A stretch of DNA of 64,000 nt, taken from assembly GCA_013239625.1 (NCBI GenBank), contig MU053934.1, positions 2,870,399 to 2,934,398 on the forward strand, written 5' to 3'. This DNA comes from Lama guanicoe (lineage: Eukaryota). Every line of letters starts with the position of its first letter. Positions within the stretch are counted from its first letter, which is position 1. The position numbers and the translations under genes were made by a program. A model generated the notes under the pieces. That model was given only the letters and a program-made list of their open reading frames with translations. It was not told the DNA's origin and ran no database searches. Below, piece by piece: positions 11,566 to 23,500 of this stretch.

Positions 11566-14500
11566 CTGTGGGGAGAATAGGGGCATAAATGTCAGGACCA
11601 TCCCTGGCAGATGCCTTAGCTCATGCCCAGGGGGCTGGGGGTGTGGGAGGCCCTGTCCCCGCCCCTGCCCGGGGTGGGGCCTCACAGAAAACACAGGGCA
11701 GGGCAAGAGGGGAGCAGGCCCAGAGCAGGAAACCAGGCGCTCCTTCAGCCTCCGAGGATCTCGTCCCCCAGCCCCCATGCTCTTTTTCAAGGCCGGCCTC
11801 CACCAGGTGTGGCCCTGCTCACCCTCTCTCTGCTCCTTGACATCACCCAGCTTCAGGGCCCAGGTCAGTGCCCGACCTGGGCTCAGCCATTTCCATGTCC
11901 TTCACCTCCCTCCCCTGAGGTTAGTGGTGAGCTGATGGCTCAGGTGCTGAGGCCATGGGGTTCCCAGAGCCTCCGCCACCCAGTGGGGCCAAGGCAGGGT
12001 GGGGTCTGCCTGGGCAGCAGGAAGAGGGGAGGCCATCTGGTCCAGTCTCCTGCCTCTGGTCAAGTGTGAGGTCAAGCCCTTGCTAACTTGGGAATCAGGA
12101 AGTTCTTCTCGATGTCTAACTGGGATACCTCTTGCTTTTGAGCCACCAGCCTCCATGGATCTCCTCATCCTGAACCCCAGTCCAAGACCACCTCCTCTGA
12201 GCCCGTGATGTGCAGGGTGAGTCCACCCTCCCACCTCCTAGGGATCCCAGGCCCCACACTCACTCGTCCAGCTCAGGGTAGCTGCTGCTCCACAGCCCCT
12301 TGTGTGGGCAGCTCCCGCTGGTGAGGATGGACATGTTGTCTGGGAGCCAGAGTCCTGCAGTCCCGTTCTGGGAAGAGAAAGGACATTTGTGACTTCAGGA
12401 GTCGGGGTGATGGAGAAGGTGCAGATGGGGGAAGGGTGATGAGGGTGGTGGAGATTCAGGAGCCCCCAGACACAGCAGAATCTCAGCATGAGCAGGACCG
12501 GCCACAGCCTCCTGACATCAGGGAGATGAGGCCAGAGAGGGGCTGGGACTCCCCCGGGGTCATGGGGTATCCAAGGACAGGGACCCTGTTCCCATGAGTA
12601 AGCTAGTCTGCAATCTCTCTGCCTGCAACCTCACCTTCTCCACACTGGTCACCAGACGCTCTCAAGGCAGTTCCCGCCTTGCCTGCCTGACCCAAGGGCT
12701 CTGATTCCCTTTTGCTCCTGTTCCTGCCTCCTGAGATGCGCCCCCAGCCTCACTGCCCAGCCCCCTCAGTTCCCTTCCTGAGGGAGTCTTGTCTCCACCC
12801 TCCACATGCTTCCCTTCGGCGTGCAGCGACCTCTCCCTCCGGCCACCACCCTGGATCCTTCAAAGCTCAGCTCTACTGTCCTGCCCTCGGGAAGCCATTC
12901 TGCCTCCCAGCACCGCACCTGCCCCCTGGCAAGACTAAGCCCCTCCTTGGGCCCCCTGGGTCCTGGCATCCCCACACCAGCCATCTCTCCTGCTCCACGG
13001 GAGTCCCCTGGGCAGGGCGCCTCGTGCATCCATGAGACCCACGGGGTTGCAGCGCTGGGGCTGGGGCGCTGGGCTTGCAACAGCTACCCCGGGTCTAAGA
13101 GCTTCCCAGCCCTGCCCTCGGCACCTGCTCCCCTGACTCAAAGCCCAGAGGATGGGGAGGAGAACATACATGGGCGTGGGGATGTGGGCTCGGGGACATG
13201 AGTGCAGGAGCAGAGGCCCCCAGCACCTCTGCTGCCCTCACCACAGCTCCTACCTGAAACAGGTGGCTCTTGCTGGGGTTGGGGATGTTCTCTTCCCACT
13301 TCTGGTTCAGCCTGGAAAGACAGCAGGGAGGTGACAGCTGCCCTAGACCTTAGGAAGCTGCCTCGTGCTCATGAAAAGAGGTGAAACGGAAGCCCAGGGT
13401 GAGGGCGGGATTTGTCCAAGGCCCCACAGAGTGTGGGTTGTAGAGCAGAGACCAGAGGAAATCTGCTGTAGGGTCTCTGGTGCCCCGTGGGGGTCCCGGG
13501 TGGTCCCTCCCCCTACGCATGGAGGAGTCCCCTTACCTATACCCGTAGATGCCACAGAAGCGCAGGGCCGTGAGCAGGGTTAGGGTGACAAAGACCAGGA
13601 TGAGTGCCAGGACCCACGTGGGCAGCTCTTCCAGGGAGCCAGGAGGAAAATGGAGGTTAGATTCTGGGGAGGGTAAGGGCTGGAGGCTCAGGAGGTCGGG
13701 GCAGGTGGGGCCAGGTCAGTGCTCTCCAGACCCTCTCTGTGCTTTAGAATTCATTTCCTTGAATGGGGCGGGACACGGAGGGTTAGATCCTGTTCAGTAG
13801 CAGGAGGTGCCATGGTGGGGAAGGGGCAACAAGCACTGACGGCAGCCCACGGCAGTCACGGGAGACTTCTTGAAGGAGGCGCCATATAGACAGGTGTCTA
13901 GGTACAGGGAGAACTAGAGAGGCAGAGATGGGGACAGGCCTGCTGGCAGAGGAAAGAGCAGGTACAAAGCCCATCAGGAGCTCCAACACTTCCTGCTTAG
14001 CCGCCTCAAGCCCCTCACAGGCTGAGGCCCCCAAGGACTCCCCTCTTCTCCCTTTCTTGGGCTCGGTGGTCCAGCCCTCCTTCCTGGTGGATCATAGCCT
14101 CCTTTCTGGGGCTCTGCCTCTACCAAGACTGGCTGTGGACTGGAGTCCTTGCTGTCAGCTCCTCCTCCATCCCCTCTGATAACACCTCCTAGACCCGGTC
14201 ATGTACTTGTTCCTCGGTGGTCACTCTGGTAAAAGGTGAGAGATAAATGAAAATAGCAGTGCAGGGAAACAGGGAGATTAAGAAATCCAACGAGAACTTT
14301 TGAAGCTCAGACCCCGGCCTGTAGCTCTTTTGTTGCCATGGTAACAGGAAACTCAGGCTGAGTGTCTCTGGGGAGTGGCTGCCACAAAGGCTAATGAAAC
14401 TGTGGGTCACATTAGTAGAGGCCTTTGCTCCAACTTGAGGGAGGTGAGACAGAAGAACCTGCTCTGCTCTGCTTCTCTGAGAGGCCATGTTGGGTCTGTG

Positions 14501-17500
14501 TTGCACATCAGGTGTGACTTCCCAAGGGTTGTCAATAAGTTAAGATGTATACAGAGAAAAAAGGGGGTTCCCCACAGGTAGGTGTGCAGGTTGTTCTCTG
14601 CACAGGGACACCATGTGAGTTCAAGTGGCAGGAATCCAACCTGAGGCACATATGCTGTGGCTGTGGGTCTGTGGAAGATGCATTTTCTAATTCCCACTAG
14701 TTTCTAGTTAGCTAGAAGGAAGGGAGCGCAGAGAAGAATAGCACTTGGGCATGGGGTCTCCATGTCCAACACATCCCCGTCCTCTGCCTAGCGGGACTGT
14801 ACCAGGAGGGGTGGATGGGGGCCATGGAGACTTACCCCACTCAGTGTCCCAGGAGCGCTCCTCACTCCACTCGCTCCAGATCCCGTTGTAGCCGCTGGGG
14901 TTGGGTTTGACTCTCACTCTGGCCTGGTACCTGGTGGCGGGCTCCAGAGGTGGCAGGGGCATGTTGTGCGCATTCTGGAAGAGCTCCGTCTTGGTCTCCT
15001 GTGGGTGCAGGTGTGGGATGGGAATTTCCTGCTCCCCATCAGTCCCCCAGCTTGTAGTCATGTCCCCCAATCTGAGGCAACATGACTCCCACCATGGAGG
15101 ACCACACTCCAGGGCCAAAGAAGGACAGCACCAAGATGGGCACAGAAACAGCCCCTCCTGCACTGCATCTACGTGACATATGACATCACCGAGGTGCAGA
15201 AACTGTGAGGAGTCACCATGCCACCCTCCCCCTGCCACTTTGGGATCCCCTCAATCTCCCAGTTCCTCCTGGGGCAGCCTGGACCCCAATTATGGCCTTC
15301 CCAGGAGTGTGGTGCAGGATGACTGACCCTTAGATTTTCATGAGCCAGGGGACCACTCCCAGCTTCACCACTGACCCACCCTCTCCTGGCCTCAGTTTCC
15401 CCATTTCCAGCCTGAAAGTCTGAAGCTGGCTCTGAAGTTTCTGATCTGGGTTCTGTCGAGCCCCAGGTTCTGCATGCAGGCCCTGAGGGTGGGGGCCGGA
15501 TACTGAACCCCAGGCTGAGCCCTGCCTGCCTCACCAGGAGCAGCTCTGCCCTTAGCAGCTGCACATTTGCATTCTGTGAAGAAATGTCCCCTTTATGACT
15601 TTTGAAAACCCTTCATCCAGCTGCCTCTCAGCCCTCCCCGTCCTGACATCTACGTCCCCTTTGCAGTCAGGGTCACATGTTCACCTTGGCCAAGTCACAT
15701 CAGCTCTGTGAGTCTCAGCTCCTTCACCAAGGGATGGGATATTGACTGGCTGACTGCACGAGGGCATAACCACCAAGTCCCAGTGGTTCCCTCTGTCTGG
15801 TCACCTGCTGGGAGTCAGGCATCCAGCAGGTGGCACTGTTCTGGGTATTTCTCACCACCCCTTCTCCCCATCCAGGCCCCTCCCTGGGCACAGACCCTCA
15901 CCTCCCATGTCTCTTCATCTTTCTTGTACTGGACCTGGAAGATGTGACTTATGAGTCCACTGTGAATTTTTTCATTTTTCAAGTGCAAGATGTAGCCATC
16001 TCTGCCCTTGGTCACGTTGAGGGTCGGGGGAGCCAACTGGACTGGAGGGAGAGAAATTTTAGGTAACAGCGCTCCTAACATTCCTCCCGTGGAACGTTCC
16101 TAGTGTTGCATGCTGGTCACAGGTGTTCTCTCCACAGACCCAGGACCCCACATCCCACCATCACGGGTCGCTGTGTGCCGACTTGGGGAAACAGCATCTA
16201 TCACGGCCAGACCAGCTCCTCCCCGGGAGATGCAGGGATAAGCTGCTGTTCACTGATCGGTAATGAGGTGGCTGGGTTGCTGGTTACTCATGGTCGTGAA
16301 AGTAGCTATGTTTGGCAATTTGTGCCTTTTACTTGAAATTAACCTAGGCTGAGTCAAACTCGTCACTTTGATAGCACCTGTCCCAGGCACCTGCCTTGAG
16401 AAGGAGAGGTAGGCAGAGCTTCAGGCCCTGGAAAGGTGCCCTTCTCCACCCACGGCTCCAGCCTGTCTTCTCTTGGCTGCTGCTCATGTGGGTTTGCCGG
16501 GCAAGGGACAGGCTCATGTCCACCAGAGACTGGACACAGGTGCAGACTGACCACCTTGAGGGAATTCAGAAGTGCTCACTGGAGACACACCATCCAGGCT
16601 CTGAGAGGCCCGTGCCTTCATTAGCACTGGACACAAGCCGGGCTATTGCAATAGCTCTGTGCTCACCCCTCCCTGAGGCTGACCCTCGGGCAGGATTTGG
16701 AGCTGCCTTGATGAAAAGACCAGAGAGAGGCTGTGGAAGGGTAAACAAAGGCCCCCGAAGGTACCCAGGTCCTGCCCCTGGAACTTGTTATTGTAAGTGG
16801 CAAAATGGACTCTTGCAGGTGTGACTGAGTTAAGGACCTTGTGATGGGGATGTTATATTTCATTATCCATTCCTTCCTTCTGCCCCGACCCTTCCCCACA
16901 GCATCCTCGGCCCCTCCCTTCCCCATCCCCACACAAGGAGGGTACATTGTGGTAGTGACAGAGGGAGGAATTTGGGAGGAAGAGGAGGACGAAGGACAGA
17001 GAGCGGACAGGAGATGTGGAGAGGGCTGCTAATGTCGGGCAACGTCAGTACATTGATTCAACACATCTTGAGGGCCTACTGTGTGCCAGGTGCTGCTCTG
17101 GGCACAGGAACAGAGAGGGGAACAAGGCAAGGTCCCTGCATTGACAAAGCTGACAGGATAGATTAGTACACGTCAGGTGGTGGTAAGTACCATGGGAAAG
17201 GAAAGTGGGGTAACTGGTAGACCCAGGATTTCAGCGTTGAGTGCTTTTTTCAATAACCTTTCCAGAGAAGATGTCAGAGATGGTGACATTTGAGCAAAGG
17301 CCTGAAAGGGATGAGGGAGGGAGCCTTATAAACTTGAGAGGATCAAAGGAAGCAGGAGCAAAGGCCCTGAGGCAGGAGTGTGCCCAGGGAGTCCCCCAGT
17401 GTGGAGGAGGCCACGAGGCTGCAGTAGGGAAAGAGCGAGAAGCAGGCGAGAGAGGCCTGTGGGCTGTGGCAGGGCCGCTGGTAGCTCCTCTGTGCAGGAG

Positions 17501-20500
17501 GGAGCTCACAGAAGGTTTGGGGTGTTGGGGGGCATAATTTGATTATGTGTTAACAAAATCACACAGGCTGCTGATGGGAAAAGACTTAAGGGACAGCAAG
17601 GATGGGAGAGGGAGGCCTTACTGCACTTAGATGAGCAGTAGACACGTGGCCTCATTCTAGGTGTGTTAAAAAGATAACAGCGACAGAATTCGCTGGGGGA
17701 CTGGATGTGGCATTTGAGAGAAAGCTAAGACAAAGATTTCCGGCTCAAGCAACTGAAAAAGCCTATCATTCAGGGAGATGGGGAGGAAATGGGAAAGCAG
17801 GTTAGGAGGGACAACGAACATTCACTTCGGAGCATGTTTAGGTGTGAAATGACATTGTTCATCCACTGGAGACGGTGAGAGGGCAAGTGATCCCAAGTGG
17901 TTTAGATCAAAGTTCTCAAAACTCAGATGGAAAAAAGAACTCAGAGCAAAGGAGGGGGAAAGTATTTTCAGAACCGCAATGGTATGTTATCAACTTCATC
18001 ATTTATATATATTTTTGAACACTTAAAATAAGCATTAGAATTACTCCTGTTCACACTGGGTTGCTGGATTGCACTTCATTGAAAATGAGAAATATGAAGA
18101 CTGGGCCATGAGGAACCCTGAGTTTATACGGGTTACGAACAAAACTGTGCTGACACAAGACACTCTACACAGAAGGCTGGGCACAGACTCACTGTTATCT
18201 GAGCTCTTGATGAGTTTCTCTTCCTCCTTGGGTCGAACAGAGACGACGAACTGGCTGTGGCTCCTGGGGTCGGGCACGGGAATCCGGCACCGGTGCCGGA
18301 CGAAGGGGCTGCTGGTCACCTCCCTCAGCACCGGGGCGCATTCTTCCTCCCTGGGGAGCACGGCAGAGGTGAGCACACGGGGAGGCAGGGCCACACGAGG
18401 AATGAGGCCTCGGGATGATCTGTGGCTTCGGCTGGGCCCCCAGGGGCAGGAGGAGGCTTGGAGAGGGCAGGGCCTAGAGGAGGGGAGGGGACAGAGGCAG
18501 GGGACACTCACCCTGCATGGGGCCCGGGCTTGTAGAAGAGGGTGAAGGAGAGAGATCTGGTCACCTCAGACCTCACTTCCCAGGAGCAGCTGAGCAGGGC
18601 AGCCCCGTCGAAAAAGCACTGGAGGTTCTGGGGCTGGGCCTCGTCCCCTGGGAGGGAGGAGACAGCCCCTCATTCAGTCCTCACTCATTCATTCCGTCCC
18701 TCTCAGTGGGCCCACCGTGAGTCTCATCACGATGGGAAAGCAGTTAGGAGGGACAACGAACATTCACTTCGGAGCATGTTTAGGTGTGAAATGACATTGT
18801 TCATCCACTGGAGACGGTGGGAGGGCAAGTGATCCCAAGTGGTTCAGATCAAAGTTCTCAAAACTCAGATGGAAAAAAGAACTCAGAGCAAAGAAGGGGG
18901 AAAGTATTTTCAGAACCGCAATGGTATGTTATCAACTTCATCATTTATATATATTTTTGAACACTTAAAATAAGCATTAGAATTACTCCTGTTCACACTG
19001 GGTTGCTGGATTGCACTTCATTGAAAATGAGAAATATGAAGACTGGGCCATGAGGAACCCTGAGTTTATACGGGTTACGAACAAAACTGTGCTGACACAA
19101 GACACTCTACACAGAAGGCTGGGCACAGACTCACTGTTATCTGAGCTCTTGATGAGTTTCTCTTCCTCCTTGGGTCGAACAGAGACGACGAACTGGCTGT
19201 GGCTCCTGGGGTCGGGCACGGGAATCCGGCACCGGTGCCGGACGAAGGGGCTGCTGGTCACCTCCCTCAGCACCGGGGCGCATTCTTCCTCCCTGGGGAG
19301 CACGGCAGAGGTGAGCACACGGGGAGGCAGGGCCACACGAGGAATGAGGCCTCGGGATGATCTGTGGCTTCGGCTGGGCCCCCAGGGGCAGGAGGAGGCT
19401 TGGAGAGGGCAGGGCCTAGAGGAGGGGAGGGGACAGAGGCAGGGGACACTCACCCTGCATGGGGCCCGGGCTTGTAGAAGAGGGTGAAGGAGAGAGATCT
19501 GGTCACCTCAGACCTCACTTCCCAGGAGCAGCTGAGCAGGGCAGCCCCGTCGAAAAAGCACTGGAGGTTCTGGGGCTGGGCCTCGTCCCCTGGGAGGGAG
19601 GAGACAGCCCCTCATTCAGTCCTCACTCATTCATTCCGTCCCTCTCAGTGGGCCCACCGTGAGTCTCATCACGGAGGGATCGTGGGCATCGGGGCCAAAA
19701 ACCAGGGGGTGACTCAGCCTGCCCTGCCTGCTGTGTGGCCGCAGTCAGGGAGGGAATTCTGTGAGACTTTGTACCCCCTGTGCAAAACGGGGAGGGCATC
19801 TCAGTCCCGGTGTTCGGGGAGGAAACACAATCACACTTGTCTGTCCGCACGTGGCGCCGCTCTCACCAAAGCACAGCTGCTCATGCGCCATTGTGATTAA
19901 ATTGCAATTGCTCCTCCCCAGAAAGTGGGCAGCCAACCTGGGCTCAGACGTGAGTAAGATGTAGCTGCTGCCTCTGCAGAGTCACAGCAGGGACGGGGTG
20001 GGCCCAGGGGAGCCTCTCTAAACGCATAGCACAGGGCCACCGTGAATCCCGTGGTGTGACCCTGGCCTCCTTCTGGCCAGGAGCTGCAATGAGCCGCCCT
20101 CCCCAAGGAGGGGCACGGCCCCCGAGTCCGACTCTGTTACCTGGCTGGGAGGCCCAGCGAACCTCGGGGCTCCACTGGCTGGGCCGTCCTGAGAGCCCCG
20201 AGCCTGGGGCCAGCCTGGCGCGCACTCGGGCCACGTAAGTGCTGCTGGGTATGAGGTGCTCCGGCCCCAGGATGGCCCAGGAGGAGTTGGAGTAGATGGT
20301 GGGGGCGTCCTGTGGGAGACAGGGGCTGCTGGAGAAGGGCCGGCTGGGCCGGGTCCCTGTGGGCTCAGGGCAGAGCTGGTGGGGGTCCCTACCTCCCAGG
20401 AGTCCTGAAGCCGCCTGTAGACCACCTCAAACTCCAGGCTGGACAGCCAGTGGCTCTCAGAACCCCCATGGGTCACATTCCAGGACAGCAGGAAACGGTC

Positions 20501-23500
20501 CCCATCAGGGCTGACGCGGAGGTCCTTGGGCGCGGGGGGCTGCACTGGAAGGAGAGGAAGTCAAGGGTCCGTAAGGGGCTGGACGACTGTGCGGGAGGTT
20601 AAGGGCCTGCGTGGCCTGTGTGTGGACAGACCTGGGTTCCAGGCCCAGCACCTTGGACAAGACCCCTCTCCTCTGTGGACCTCAGACCTTCATCTGCTAA
20701 ATCGTGGGGAGTCAATGGGAATGAAGGTTCTGCAGGTTGTTGTTCACGGAGAACAGATGCCCCATAAAAGATGCTAGCGATTAAATCCCAAGGGAGCTTC
20801 CCTCTGTCCCCACTGCCCATGTGGAGGCTGTGTGGCCTCCTTCCCAGCAGAGGGCGCTGTGACTCATGTTGTTCCTTCTGCTGTCCAGCCCCTTCCTTGT
20901 TTGCACTGCCCAGCGTCCTGCACCTCTCAGAGCCCAGCACACGTGCTCCTCCTCTAGGACCTTCTTGGCTCTCCTCCCCCAGGCAGAGCCCCTTGCTCCT
21001 TTTCCTGTCCCACCACAGCCCTGTGAATGGTCCTTATGACCCTGGAGGATTTAGGTGTTTCCAGGTCTGCCTCCCCATGGAGTTCAGGAGCTTGTGGGTG
21101 GCAGGGGTTGGGTCCTGAGATCAGTGGTTCTGTGAGTGTGGGGGACAAAGTGAAGGAATCAATGAAGGAATCAATGAATGAACACGTGTAGGCCACCTTC
21201 AGAGGCTTTTTATGGAATCATCCATGACCAACAGCAAGCAGACACCTGCTGGGACCTACAGGGTCAGGTGAGCAGATTCATCCATGAATAGCATGACTCC
21301 TGGCTTCCCAAAGCGTCTGTGTCTGAATACTGAGAGGTGACTTCCCAACACAAAAATTTGGTAAGAGCCCAAAAGAGTTGTAAATGTTCTTTGCTGGACT
21401 CAGAACAGGGCATGGTAGAGCATGTCAGGGCTGGAGCCTTCAGAAAATCTTAAGTCCTGAATGGCAGATCCAGGGCACCCCTGCCCCACCCACAGCCACA
21501 GCAGGCATCACTAATCAGTCATTGCCCTCCTAGCCCCTGAGCCTGCTTTCATGGCCTAGAACTGACATCCTGACTTAGGGAATGCTCTAGGAGACCAAGT
21601 GCCACGTTGCCCCATCCTTAAGTTGTCTGATCTCCTCCACCATGAAGCCTTCCCTGGTTGCCAGATCGTAAGCTCAGTTGGGGGCAGGGATACTGACTGA
21701 CCACTTCAGTGCCCTCTGGGCCTCTGTAGGTTCTCAGTGAAGGAGCAAATTAATGAATGAATCCCTGACTGTGATCTTCTTTTCATGGTCCATCTTCTAT
21801 CCATGGGCTGCTCACTGCAGCTTTGCCTTCACCTCCCACCTTGAACCTCAGCACTGTGGCCCACTGACCCTCACCTCTGCTGGCTGCCTCACCCCTCTGA
21901 CATGTGATGTTCTCTCTCCACTGTTATCCAGAGCAGAGATTGATATAGGGAACAAATCTGGCCCACATCTTGTTGTATGGCCCAGGAGTTGAAAATGGAC
22001 TTTATGTTTTTTTAGTTGTTTTTTTAATATCAGAAAAATATTTGCCACAGATGAAAATTAAGTCAAATTCCAGTTTGTGTCTATGAATAAAGTTCTATCA
22101 GAACACAGCCAACATGTTCATTTATGCGTTTTCATGTCACAATGGTGGAGTTGAGAATTTGTCCCCGAGGCGTTTGCCGACCTTGGATGGAGCATGACCC
22201 CTAAATTCCTTTGCAGGACACACAAGCTTCTTCCAGGTCAGCCCCCTGCCTTCCCTAACCCTCTCCTTCCTACCGCTGTCCAGCCCTCTTGAAGTTAATG
22301 CTCCCCGGACACAGTTATTAATGTTTTTCCTAACCTTGCCTCGCACTCCCAGGTCTCCCAGCCTTTGCACGCACTGTTTCCTCTGCCAGGGATGCTCTTT
22401 CTGCTGTCTCCTCCCATTCTCTCTTCAGATCTCCCTGCAAAGCTCTCTCCTCGGGGAAGCCTGCCCTGACCTCCCGGGGGCTCCTTGTCCACTGCCCCGT
22501 GGCACGTGGCACACACCCGCCTTCAGTAAGTGATCGCACCACACAACATCTGGTGTTTCCTGCTCTGTAAGCTCTGAGCTTCATGCAGGACGGGACTCCT
22601 TATCCATCAGGCACATGTGCTGAGACATTGTCTGTAGTGAATTCACCACAGCCTAATCCATCCTCTCCTCCAGGCAACTATTTTGTGCTGCTGGGATGAA
22701 AAGAGGCAGGAAACAAAGGCTGGAGCCCCCTCCCCGTCTGACACGTGCAAGGAGCAGCAGCTGGCCTTGAGTTTGGGATCCACCACACTAAAGTCAGACC
22801 TCCCTGGGTTTGAATTTCATCTCTGCCACCAGCTGCTGCGAGGCTCTGAGCTTTCACTTCCCTCCGCCTGTTTCATCCCCAAATGGCAGTAACAATGGTA
22901 TTTAAGTTCATGTCGTCGTCTTGAGTGTTAAATAAGATTCAGCAGTGTCTCCTGAAAGCTGGGACAGGTGTGGTTTTTGCCAGGTCAGTGTAAACTTTTA
23001 TAATATGACTCCCCTCCTCTGTTTAGCATCATTGTAAGAAATAACTGCCTTGAACACACAAGTTTGAAGCATTGGTTATACTTCTTTCTAATATATAGTT
23101 AAATAAAAATCTGACTATAGAAAATAGCCATTCAAAACCACCCAAGACCACTGACTTTCTTAGACGCACGCGGCGCACACGCTGGGGGCCAGGCGGCGGG
23201 GGCGGTGCGGGGATGACCTCCGGCTCCAACGTGCAGGCAGCACTCGGCAAGTCCGGCCCATCGCTGTCATGACTGCTCATGGCGGCACTTTGGAAAAGTT
23301 ACATAACCGCTCTGGGCCTCGAGTGCCTCATCTATAAAATGGGTTGTCGCAGACAGTGCATGAGACCGTATTGACCAAAGAACCTTCAAGCTATAAAGTT
23401 TGTATCTTCCTTCAGTGCTGGGAGGCTATGGTTTGGCAGGGGTTGGAGCATCAGGGAAGGAGGTACCTTTGGCCAGGGCACCTCCAGCTGTACCCATGCC

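Larger units (their letters stand above)
17789..19673. repeat. Direct tandem duplication, about 942-bp unit (17789-18731 and 18732-19673), containing exons 7-8
   Basis: Identical ORFs offset by 942 nt (18041 and 18983); junction gtctcatcacg|atgggaaagcag at 18731/18732. Confidence 0.95.

Noticed and set aside
13625..13627. Val-to-Glu at the start of the paralog TM exon, reminiscent of activating V449E
   Set aside because: It is at the extracellular boundary, not the mid-helix position of V449
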